Part shown: piece by piece, positions 22,757 through 30,867 of the stretch
Layout: each line of letters starts with the position of its first letter
Position numbering within the stretch: the stretch's first letter is position 1
Source: an uncultured Candidatus Saccharibacteria bacterium
GTDB lineage: Bacteria > Patescibacteriota > Minisyncoccia > Phycocordibacterales > UBA2100
Direction of reading: 5' to 3'
DNA: 64,000 bases
Assembly: GCA_964654205.1 (NCBI GenBank)
Contig: CAZZHR010000002.1
Location: forward strand, 65,800-129,799
Translations under genes and position numbers: made by a program
The notes under the pieces: generated by a model
Database searches by the model: none
What the model saw: only the letters and a program-made list of their open reading frames with translations
Told to the model about the DNA's origin: nothing

Positions 22757-24196
22757 TTACCTCATTACCCCTTTTATGAGAAGCTCTCTCAATACCTCGG
22801 GGTCAGCTGAACCTCTGAGCTGTCGCATACACTGTCCTAACAAAAACTCAAGAGCAGCAGCCTTTCCTGCCCTGTAACCAGCCGCTACATTTGGGTTCGC
22901 GTCGATGACGCTCTTTACGACACCCTCCATAAGCACCGTATCAGTCTTCTGCAACAAGTCGTGCTTCTCCGCGATTGCAATTGGATTACCGCCCCCTTGT
23001 ACCATGAGCGCGAGAATATCTTTTGCAGCTCGAGAGGTTACCTTCCTTTCAGCGACAAGGCCGATAAGCTCCGCAAAGCCATGTGCATCAACAGGGATTT
23101 CGGCGCTTAAAATCGAATCTCGCACTTCGATGTCTCGGACAATTTTTACCAAATCATTCGCAATATAGTTACTCGCAATTGCGAGCTGTCCTGCGGCAAG
23201 CTTTGCCGCAACGGCGTCAAAAAATCTTCCGAATCGCTCATCCTTTACGAACGAATCCGCATCCTCAGGCTTCACGCCAGCCGCCTTGTACCGCGCGCGC
23301 CTTTGCGCAGGCAACTCCGGCAACTTTAAATCTTTAAACATTTCTACCTCTGAAAGCCTCAGGCTCGGTAAATCAGGATCCGGGAAGTATCGATAATCTG
23401 CGCTACCTTCTTTGGTACGCTGCGGGAAAGTCGCCTGCTTCGTCTCATCCCAACCGAGTGTCTGCTTGGTAACCTCGCCTCCAGTCTCAAGAAGCTTCGT
23501 CTGGCGCTCTATCTCGTAGCGCACGGCGCGCTCCATCGCATTAAAAGAATTTAGGTTCTTGATCTCTACGTATCCCATGGAGCGCTCCCCCCTTTTCGCC
23601 ACAGAAACGTTTGCTTCTACGCGCATCTCCCCTTTTTCCATGTTTGCCTCGCTCACGCCAAGCGCCCTGAGCAGTAGCTGCAGCTCGCGCGCAAACTCAC
23701 CCGCCTGCTCCGCGCTATGAATCACCGGCTCCGTAACAAGCTCCATAAGCGGGACACCAGCTCTGTTGTAATCGATAGTGGTCTCACCTGACACCTCGTC
23801 GCCTGCCTGCGCAGGTAGGTGCATCGAACTTGCTGTATCTTCCTCCAAGTGTACGCGCGTAATCGCTACACCGGCAAGCTCCCCTCCTGAAACTAGCGGA
23901 TGCTCGTATTGCGAGATTTGATAGCCCTTTGGCAAATCCGGATAGAAATAGTTTTTACGGTCAAACTCTGCGTAGTCTGCGAGCTTCGAGCCAAGCGCAG
24001 TTCCCACACGCAGTACATGCATGACTGCCTGCTTATTTATTACCGGGAGCGTCCCCGGGTGCGCCATGCACACAGGGCAGATGTTTACGTTGGGTCTTGA
24101 TTCATCAGGGTCATTTTTTGAAGCACAAAACATCTTCGTCTCGGTTCGAAGTTCGGCGTGTATTTCGAGGCCTATGGTGGGCACATACTCAGCCAT
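22757..24196 (-). CDS. gatB: Asp-tRNA(Asn)/Glu-tRNA(Gln) amidotransferase subunit B
   Basis: IGLEIHAEL, NICPVCMAHPGTLPV, YFYPDLPKGYQISQ and ADYRYFPDPDLP are hallmark GatB motifs. Confidence 0.95.
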   Translation of the reverse strand: MAEYVPTIGLEIHAELRTETKMFCASKNDPDESRPNVNICPVCMAHPGTLPVINKQAVMHVLRVGTALGSKLADYAEFDRKNYFYPDLPKGYQISQYEHPLVSGGELAGVAITRVHLEEDTASSMHLPAQAGDEVSGETTIDYNRAGVPLMELVTEPVIHSAEQAGEFARELQLLLRALGVSEANMEKGEMRVEANVSVAKRGERSMGYVEIKNLNSFNAMERAVRYEIERQTKLLETGGEVTKQTLGWDETKQATFPQRTKEGSADYRYFPDPDLPSLRLSEVEMFKDLKLPELPAQRRARYKAAGVKPEDADSFVKDERFGRFFDAVAAKLAAGQLAIASNYIANDLVKIVRDIEVRDSILSAEIPVDAHGFAELIGLVAERKVTSRAAKDILALMVQGGGNPIAIAEKHDLLQKTDTVLMEGVVKSVIDANPNVAAGYRAGKAAALEFLLGQCMRQLRGSADPEVLRELLIKGVMR

Positions 24197-24625
24197 ATGG
24201 CGGCATCATACGACCTCTAAGCCATACGCGGAACACCCATAGAGCCAAAGCCCGCCAATCTGTCAGCACCCCACTCGCCCTGCCATTGCCACCCTATTGC
24301 TGCTCACAGATACCGAAGACTCCGCAGCGGCACCCGTTCGTGCTCTGTACTTCGCTCATCGCTCTTCTCCTGATTGCGAACCCTCGGCCTTACGAGTCTA
24401 CCGAGATGCGTCGCTATACAAAGCCATCTCGGATGCCGAGATAATGTACACGGCAGATGCGAATGTTGTGGGTAGTGTGCTGAATCTTGGCCGACGACGA
24501 GCTGCAGTCCGCGTCGCGTTCAGCATGCAAGTGGAGCTACTCAGTACCTCTTGCCTACCATTGCGGCAAGAACGCGTGAAAATATACGCAACATTAATCC
24601 GCTCATGTAAAGAGCGCTTTTCGTG

Positions 24626-27151
24626 CTACACGACAATGCGCCACCCGTCTGCGAGTAGGGGCTCGGCCTTCTTAAATTTCATTTCCTTGGTCTCAGTGCC
24701 ATTCGTAATAATGACTTTGTCGTTGCGACGGTATTCTTTCTTGCCCGCAATGGGCGCTTGTGCGGTGATACTCCGCGCCGCTCGCGATACCGCTTGTTCC
24801 CCCGCCGTCGCCGTGTGCACTCGCGGCGCCGCTCCGATATGTGGAATTAGTGTTCGTACGTGCGCAGCATACGTCTCCTCTAGCTGCTGGAAAAGCCTGC
24901 GACCTTCTTTTTTGTACTCGACGAGCGGATCGCGCTGTCCGTATGCGCGGAGATTCACGCTCGAGCGCAGGTACTCCATAGCTTCGAGATGCTCCACCCA
25001 GAGAAAGTCGATGCCCTGTAAGAGTATGCGGCGCACCGTCGGGACAAACGCATCCGTAAGCTCCTCTTTCTTTTTCTGTATAGCTTGAGCAAGAGCCTCA
25101 TCAGAGAGCGCGAGCCGCTCGAGCTCAGCCAGTACCGCCCCCTCTCCACCCGTCAGGAGGTCACGGCGACGTGTGTAGATGCTCTTGCGCTGGATGTTGA
25201 GCACATCGTCGTATGCGAGCACATGCTTGCGTGAGTCGAAGTGTATCTCCTCTATTCGCGTCTGCGCCTTCTCGAGCGAGCGCGTGATCATTTTGTTGAA
25301 TATCGGCTCGTCCTCGGGAATATTGAAGCTCCCCATCACCCGCTTGATGACGTCGCTCGCAAAAACGCGCATGAGACTGTCCTCAAGCGAAACGTAGAAC
25401 TGTGTCGCACCCGGGTCCCCTTGTCGGCCTGAGCGGCCACGCAGCTGGTTGTCGATGCGGCGCGCTTCGTGGCGCTCGGTGCCGAGCACAAAGAGGCCGC
25501 CGAGACTTTTTACTTCCTCGTAACTCTCCGGTGTCCCTGGATTGCCGCCGAGCTTAATGTCGACGCCTCGGCCGGCCATGTTGGTCGCGATGGTTACCGC
25601 GCCCTTCTTCCCGGCTTGCGCGACGATCTCACCCTCGCGCTCGTGATTCTTTGCGTTGAGCACTTCGTGCGGGATGCCCTCTTGCTTGAAGTACACCGAG
25701 AGCAGCTCGTTCTTTTCCACCGATACGGTACCGATGAGGACGGGCTGCCCCTTCTCGTGCAGCTCGCGCACGCGCTTCGCTATGGCTTTCATCTTGCCGT
25801 TCTCGGTCTGCAGGATGAGGTCGTCGAGGTCTGTTCGCTGAACGGGCTTGTTGGTCGGCACACTCGCTACGTTCAGGCCATATACCTTGTAGAATTCTTC
25901 GGACGAAGTGGCTGCGGTACCCGTCATGCCCGCGAGCTTGTCGTAGAGGCGGAAATAATTCTGGAAAGTTATCGATGCGAAAGTACGGCTCTCCTGTTGG
26001 ACTGAGACACCCTCCTTTGCCTCTATGGCCTGGTGGAGGCCATCAGACCACCTGCGCCCTGGCTGCATGCGACCCGTGAACTCGTCGACAATGATGACAG
26101 TCCCATCTCGCACTACGTAGTCCTTGTCTCGCTCAAAGAGAGCTTTTGCTCTCACGGCGGTCTCGAGGTGATGCACCATCTTGATGCCAGCATCCGTATA
26201 TATATTGTCTATCCCGAGCGCTGCCTGCGCCTTCTCGATACCTGCATCGGTCATCGCTATCTGTTTGTGCTTTTCGTCTACGGTGAAGTCCTCCTCGCGA
26301 ACCATGCCGCGCGCAATCTGCGCGAATCGCCCGTAGAGCGATTCTGCCTGCGAGACGGGTGCCGAGATAATCAGTGGCGTGCGTGCCTCGTCGATGAGGA
26401 TGGAATCTATCTCGTCGACTATTGCGAACCGGTACCCGCCATCCTGCGGGACGCGCTGACGCAAACCTGCTGCCTCGTATTCAAGGTTGTCGCGGAGGTA
26501 GTCGAAGCCGAATTCATTGTTGGTACCGTAGGTGATGTCGGCGGCATATGCTTCCCCGCGCGTACACGGACGAAGGAAATCTCGCGCCACCTTGAAGCTA
26601 CCTTCTGTATCCTGCTGCGCCTCTTCCTCCGCCTTGAGTTCCGGCGGAACATGCGATGGATCGTATATAAATGACGACTCGTGGTTGAGCACTCCCACGG
26701 TGAGGCCGAGTGCATAGTATATTTGCCCCATCCATGCGCCATCGCGGCGCGAGAGGTAGTCGTTGACAGTGATGACATGTACGCCTTTGCCCTCGAGGGC
26801 GTTGAGGTACGCTGGGAGCGTCGCGACGAGTGTCTTGCCCTCGCCCGTGCGCATCTCTGCGATGCCACCCTGGTGGAGTATCATCCCACCGATGAGCTGC
26901 ACGTCGAAGTGACGTTGACCGAGCGTCCTGCGCGACGCCTCCCTCACCGCGGCAAATGCCTCAGGCGCGAGGCTATCAAGGGATTCCCCGCCCGAAATGC
27001 GGACCTTGAATTCCGCGCTCTTTCCCTTGAGCGCCTCGTCGGTGAGCGCCGTAAACGTGTCTTCAAGTGCATTGACAGCAGCCACAATAGGCTGCGCCTT
27101 GCGGAGCGCCGCGACATTGGTATCTCCGAAGAGTCCTTTCCAAAATGACAT
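24626..27151 (-). CDS. secA: preprotein translocase ATPase SecA
   Basis: MRTGEGKTLVATLPAYLNAL, IVDEIDSILIDEARTPLIIS, GMTGTA, TNMAGRGVDIKLGG and LRGRSGRQGDPG. Trimmed to MSFWKGLFG. Confidence 0.95.
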   Translation of the reverse strand: MSFWKGLFGDTNVAALRKAQPIVAAVNALEDTFTALTDEALKGKSAEFKVRISGGESLDSLAPEAFAAVREASRRTLGQRHFDVQLIGGMILHQGGIAEMRTGEGKTLVATLPAYLNALEGKGVHVITVNDYLSRRDGAWMGQIYYALGLTVGVLNHESSFIYDPSHVPPELKAEEEAQQDTEGSFKVARDFLRPCTRGEAYAADITYGTNNEFGFDYLRDNLEYEAAGLRQRVPQDGGYRFAIVDEIDSILIDEARTPLIISAPVSQAESLYGRFAQIARGMVREEDFTVDEKHKQIAMTDAGIEKAQAALGIDNIYTDAGIKMVHHLETAVRAKALFERDKDYVVRDGTVIIVDEFTGRMQPGRRWSDGLHQAIEAKEGVSVQQESRTFASITFQNYFRLYDKLAGMTGTAATSSEEFYKVYGLNVASVPTNKPVQRTDLDDLILQTENGKMKAIAKRVRELHEKGQPVLIGTVSVEKNELLSVYFKQEGIPHEVLNAKNHEREGEIVAQAGKKGAVTIATNMAGRGVDIKLGGNPGTPESYEEVKSLGGLFVLGTERHEARRIDNQLRGRSGRQGDPGATQFYVSLEDSLMRVFASDVIKRVMGSFNIPEDEPIFNKMITRSLEKAQTRIEEIHFDSRKHVLAYDDVLNIQRKSIYTRRRDLLTGGEGAVLAELERLALSDEALAQAIQKKKEELTDAFVPTVRRILLQGIDFLWVEHLEAMEYLRSSVNLRAYGQRDPLVEYKKEGRRLFQQLEETYAAHVRTLIPHIGAAPRVHTATAGEQAVSRAARSITAQAPIAGKKEYRRNDKVIITNGTETKEMKFKKAEPLLADGWRIVV

Positions 27152-27189
27152 GGATACCCATCCTACCACTGTGCGACTTTTCAATCCAT

Positions 27190-27222
27190 GAAAAGAAGAA
27201 GCCTCCTTTCGGAGGCTTCTTC
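27190..27222 (-). terminator. rho-independent terminator: 12-bp stem GAAGAAGCCTCC/GGAGGCTTCTTC, then TTTTC
   Basis: A perfect stem with a 4-nt loop and a T-tract on the minus strand, 5 nt downstream of the 23-codon ORF stop. Confidence 0.8.
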
Positions 27223-27226
27223 GGGA

Positions 27227-27298
27227 CTACGCGCGCTTCTTGCGCTTCGTGGCCTTCTTTTTCTTGGCTGTCTTTTTCGCCTTCTTTTTCTTTGCCAT
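27227..27298 (-). CDS. unannotated 23-aa polybasic micro-protein MAKKKKAKKTAKKKKATKRKKRA
   Basis: I translated it by hand. It is below the ORF-track cutoff. It runs ATG to TAG, has its own strong terminator, and an AT-rich -10-like AATATT lies 7 nt upstream. Confidence 0.45.
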   Translation of the reverse strand: MAKKKKAKKTAKKKKATKRKKRA

Positions 27299-27439
27299 GG
27301 TCGTAAATATTTTGAGAGTATTAAACTCGACCTTCGCTTCGCGCGCGAAACGCTACAGCGTTTACATAATTATTGCACTCATGCATGTAAAGAAATGTTT
27401 TTTGAAAAAATTGTGTGGATAACTCTTTTATTTTTTAAA

Positions 27440-27759
27440 ATGTATCTCTGATGTAGAAATCAGTTATATGAAATTACTTTCACAGGAAGATATTCAGTAC
27501 GTACTTGAGAAGACATTTCCTTCCGTACACTCCGCGTCGCTCGCCCATACGCAGAAACACCCTTCTGAGGGGTGTTTCTGAAAGACGCACAGCGGAGGAC
27601 GGGTGCGAGCTCCAAAAAAAGTGAAAGTCTTATGTGAGTGCCGCCGCCCTCCGCAATACGCCCTTTTAGTCCTACGACAAAGAGTAACACCCTGTCCTTG
27701 AGTGACAACCTCTATTCGTTGCACACTACTCAGATACGAGACTTGCGTATAATCAGCCA
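27440..27759 (-). ncRNA. candidate structured RNA of unknown class, possibly a long 3'UTR
   Basis: It lies downstream of a duplicated TATAAT promoter element at 27766-27771. It contains a 10-bp hairpin (27553-27579), a long imperfect hairpin (GCGGAGG 27592-27598 pairs with CCTCCGC 27648-27654) and a terminal hairpin at 27448-27463 followed by a T-rich run. No convincing ORF is present. Confidence 0.3.
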
Positions 27760-27772
27760 TGGCGGATTATAA
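27747..27772. promoter_or_regulatory. 26-bp near-palindrome GTATAATCAGCCATGGCGGATTATAA, a candidate operator that contains TATAAT
   Basis: Half-sites TATAATC / GATTATA lie around a central CCATGG. The 18-bp core ATGGCGGATTATAAACAA (27759-27776) is repeated exactly at 28456-28473. Confidence 0.5.
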
Positions 27773-27786
27773 ACAAGCGCGTGAGC

Positions 27787-28422
27787 CTATCGTTCTCCCA
27801 AACCGAAGTGCACTCGCAAGGGTTTATCGTACTCGATTGCGTCCGCAATAATGTATCTCACCTCCGTTCGCAGCGATGCGTCTAGCTTCAGAAGCGTTAT
27901 GATTTCTTCACAATCATACGGGTGCACCCATACGCTGTTTTGCAATCGGTGAAAACCAAGTCTCTTTAATATTTCGCGTACACGATCTCGCGTAGAGCGC
28001 CGCGCATGCGGAATGTCGAATATCACGACTCGCCAACGTCCGTCCCATCGACGCGGCCTAGGTATTTCTACGGCCGAAAGCCGGATGCGTTCCGCATGTG
28101 ACTTTCCCCTCTCCGTCAGTATGGGGTAACGTTTGCCCGAGTGCCGCATAAACTCGACCATCCCTTTTTTCTTCAATCTCGAGAGTGTCTCCCGCAGCCT
28201 CTGCGTGGGCTGCGGGGGCAGGATTACATCAAGGTGTTCTCTTTTGATGAGCGCAGCGACTTTCGGCGCCATCACCGCTACCGTGAGAATTCCTCCGAGA
28301 GCGAGCGTACCTATCACAGCTCTTTCTATCGATCCGCGTCTCAACCGCAGACGAACTCCACTCTCCTGGGATACGCGCGATTCTTGCTCACGCCTCTTCT
28401 GGGTATTCTGTTTTTGCCGCAT
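27787..28422 (-). CDS. PaaX-family-like regulator with a Cas2/VapD-fold C-terminal domain
   Basis: LRETLSRLKKKGMVE (winged-helix-like), then WDGRWRVVIFDIPHARRSTRDRVREILKRLGFHRLQNSVWVHPYD, typical of PaaX C-terminal or Cas2-like domains. ATG 28422 has TACAAT 6 nt upstream. TTG 28437 is an alternative start. Confidence 0.7.
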   Translation of the reverse strand: MRQKQNTQKRREQESRVSQESGVRLRLRRGSIERAVIGTLALGGILTVAVMAPKVAALIKREHLDVILPPQPTQRLRETLSRLKKKGMVEFMRHSGKRYPILTERGKSHAERIRLSAVEIPRPRRWDGRWRVVIFDIPHARRSTRDRVREILKRLGFHRLQNSVWVHPYDCEEIITLLKLDASLRTEVRYIIADAIEYDKPLRVHFGLGER

Positions 28423-28428
28423 GAGTGC

Positions 28429-28434
28429 ATTGTA
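28429..28434 (-). promoter_or_regulatory. -10 box TACAAT 6 nt before ATG 28422 (leaderless geometry)
   Basis: The minus strand reads gtTACAATgcactcATG. Confidence 0.45.
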
Positions 28435-28443
28435 CAAACTTGT

Positions 28444-28469
28444 TTATAACTCGCTATGGCGGATTATAA
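28444..28469. promoter_or_regulatory. second copy of the palindromic operator/promoter element: TTATAACTCGCTATGGCGGATTATAA
   Basis: An imperfect palindrome that shares the exact 18-bp core with 27759-27776. It lies 22-50 nt upstream of the regulator gene start. Confidence 0.5.
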
Positions 28470-28622
28470 ACAATTCAGGAATGTTCCCTTTAGTCCTGTT
28501 GTGCAGTGTGCATAAACTGAATACCGCCCTTTCGGGCGGTACTTCAGCGACTTTCAATCTGCGAGCCACACTTTGTGGCACTCACGTATTCATTATATGT
28601 ACCGCGCAGCGACGCGCAAGTA

Positions 28623-30854
28623 CTAGAGTACTTCGGCCGTACCGGTACGTATCTGCTCAATGACAGGATCCGCCTGCTCTCCAATACCCGGGATAGCGCG
28701 CTTCGCTTCTTCGAGCGCCGCGATCGCCGCCGCGCGATTGCCGGAGAGGTAGTGTATCGCGGCAAGCGTGAAATAGAGCTGCGCATCCTGTGGATTTGCG
28801 CGGATGGCAGCTTCCCAAATCGGCACCGCGCGCACGAGCTGGTTGGTCGAGCGATACGCGGCGAGCACGCGCGAATCGGCCGCCTGGCCTTTCTCGACGT
28901 ATGGTGCGAGCACCTCTTCTCCCTCAGCCATCTGGCCGTTCAAAATGAGCCCAGAGCCGTAAAGCACGGCCGCAGTCGCGAATGACGCGTCGAGTTCGTG
29001 CGCCTGTTTGTAATACGAGAGCGCCGAGGCGGTATCGCCGCGCGCTATCGCGTTCTCCGCAAGCTGGAACATTATTGCCTGCTTTTTCGGAGAGTCTTCG
29101 AGCGCCCGTTCGTACGCTGCCTTCGCATCGTCGTGCAATCCATAGGCTCCATAGAGCACGCCGAGAAAGAGTGGAAAACGCGCATCCAGCGGCGACATGT
29201 CCTCCTGTTTCCGCATTTCCGATTCCGCGAGCGCAAAGAACTGCTGCTTCGTGGCCTCGGGTATGTCGAGCTGGCTCGCCTGTGCTGCCATTTGCGCGAG
29301 CTGCTCCCGGGCTTCCTGCATGCCAAATGTGCCGAGCTCAATCGACTGCCTCATGTACTCCAGATTCGTTGCAATCTGACCCTGCGGTGCGATCGCCTGG
29401 AGCAGAAGCCTGTTCGCAGCGAGCGGCTTTTGGTTGACACCCCATGCGAGGAAAAGCAGCGCGAGTGCACATGCGAGCGCGATGTACGGGATGTACGCAC
29501 GGTTGACTACTGCGCTCCAGAGCACTTTTGCTTCTTGCGCCTTACTGGCTCGATATGCGATAAACGCGAGCACCGTCCCAAAGAGGATGTAGCTTGTCAC
29601 GTTGTCGAAGACGAAGAAGTTGTGCACGAAGTAGCCCGCGAGGAGTCCCGTGAGTATCGAGCGCTCCGCTATCGAGAATCCATCCGGCCGTCCCGTCAAG
29701 ACACTTCGCCAGAGCGCGAATAGCGCAGCGAAGAATATCGAGAGATACGCGAGCAGGCCGAGCGTTCCCCCTGCGACCCACCAGTCGAAAATGATGTTGT
29801 GCACGCGGTCAAACCACGGCTCCTGGCTGTGCATGCGCGGGTCGTAGTACTTGTCGAAAACGAGCGCGTAATTCTCCTGACCCCAGCCCAAAATGGGCTT
29901 CTCCTGTACACCCTGCCATGCCATCTGCCAGTTGATGAATCGCGCCTTCGTCGTCGCGTCGTCGAGTGAGATGGTCGCAAGACGCTGGAGGAAGCCGATG
30001 CGCTGCACCCACGTCTGCTCTTTCACTAAGAAGAACCCGCCGATAATGACGAGGAGCCCTACCACCATCGCCGCCGACGCTCTCCATGCGTTGCGCGAAT
30101 TTTGAGCCTGCATGAGCACGAGCAGCGCGGAAAGGAGCGCGCCGCCGACGAGACCGAGAATCGCACCGCGCGTACCGGTGAGGAGAAGTGCGATGGTGTC
30201 GAGCACAATGATAGAGCCGTACATAAGCGAGATGCCGACGCGCTTTCCCTCGCCCCTTTCCACCCACTGCTGCGCCCAGAGCATCGCCGCGAGGAATATG
30301 TGGAACAGCATGTATGCAGCGAAGTAGATGGGGTTGCCGAATGTCGCGTCGATGCGGCCGCTCAGTCCCGCTGCTCCACCCTGACCGAGTGCAATCTGGC
30401 CGGTAACTTGGAAGAGGCCGTATATCGAGAGGTACGCCGAGACGCCGAGCGTCGTCCACCACAGCCACCGCCAGAGTTTCTCCGTCTGGAGCATCGAGGC
30501 TGCAACCACGGTGTAGACGAGGAGATGGGCAAGCGTCACCCACCCGTCCATGCGCTCGTAGTTGCTCCAGATGCTCTTAAAGGGGTATTCGCCGAAGATG
30601 TCGGCAAGCCCGATGATGGCAACAAATACAGCGAGTGCCGCGAGCACCCATGAGCGCCGGGGTCTATACGCGGGATTGACGAGTGCGAGCGCGAGCCACG
30701 CTGCCGCGCTTATCTCGACAACGATGCGAAAGGCGAAGTTTTTACCCGTGATGTAGGGGAAAAAGAGCGACGAAGTGACGAGGAGGCACACGAAGGGGAG
30801 CGCAAATACGCCAGCAAGGGCAATGAATCGGAGCGTCTTCTCAAGGACAGTCAT
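28623..30854 (-). CDS. O-antigen ligase (Wzy_C)-domain polytopic membrane protein with C-terminal TPR repeats
   Basis: Many TM helices. LLTGTRGAILGLVGG and FDRVHNIIFDWWVAGGTLGLLAY fit the O-antigen ligase core. The C-terminal 280 aa or so are TPR-like (AxxYYKQAxELD...). Trimmed to MTVLEKT, with TAGAAT 7 nt upstream. Confidence 0.78.
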   Translation of the reverse strand: MTVLEKTLRFIALAGVFALPFVCLLVTSSLFFPYITGKNFAFRIVVEISAAAWLALALVNPAYRPRRSWVLAALAVFVAIIGLADIFGEYPFKSIWSNYERMDGWVTLAHLLVYTVVAASMLQTEKLWRWLWWTTLGVSAYLSIYGLFQVTGQIALGQGGAAGLSGRIDATFGNPIYFAAYMLFHIFLAAMLWAQQWVERGEGKRVGISLMYGSIIVLDTIALLLTGTRGAILGLVGGALLSALLVLMQAQNSRNAWRASAAMVVGLLVIIGGFFLVKEQTWVQRIGFLQRLATISLDDATTKARFINWQMAWQGVQEKPILGWGQENYALVFDKYYDPRMHSQEPWFDRVHNIIFDWWVAGGTLGLLAYLSIFFAALFALWRSVLTGRPDGFSIAERSILTGLLAGYFVHNFFVFDNVTSYILFGTVLAFIAYRASKAQEAKVLWSAVVNRAYIPYIALACALALLFLAWGVNQKPLAANRLLLQAIAPQGQIATNLEYMRQSIELGTFGMQEAREQLAQMAAQASQLDIPEATKQQFFALAESEMRKQEDMSPLDARFPLFLGVLYGAYGLHDDAKAAYERALEDSPKKQAIMFQLAENAIARGDTASALSYYKQAHELDASFATAAVLYGSGLILNGQMAEGEEVLAPYVEKGQAADSRVLAAYRSTNQLVRAVPIWEAAIRANPQDAQLYFTLAAIHYLSGNRAAAIAALEEAKRAIPGIGEQADPVIEQIRTGTAEVL

Positions 30855-30861
30855 AGCCGGG

Positions 30862-30867
30862 ATTCTA
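30862..30867 (-). promoter_or_regulatory. -10 box TAGAAT 7 nt before ATG 30854
   Basis: The minus strand reads TAGAATcccggctATG. Confidence 0.4.

Noticed and set aside
24197-24625. RNase P RNA, tmRNA, SRP RNA or tRNA in the two long non-coding stretches (the other is 27440-27786)
   Set aside because: I scanned both strands by eye for GAGGAAAGUCC, ACAGA..GGCUUA, tRNA-like GGUUCGAAUCC T-arms with CCA ends, and the SRP GGAAGCAGCC motif. I found only weak partial matches (GTGAAAGTCT, ACAGATTGGCGGGCTTT). That is not enough for a class assignment.
27494-27760. 88-aa minus-strand ORF starting 5 nt after a TATAAT box
   Set aside because: Its composition is Arg/Cys/Gly-rich and shadow-like. The ATG is not conserved in the second copy of the promoter element, where it reads ATA. 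The region folds into strong hairpins. I treat it as a candidate RNA instead, but the ORF cannot be fully excluded.
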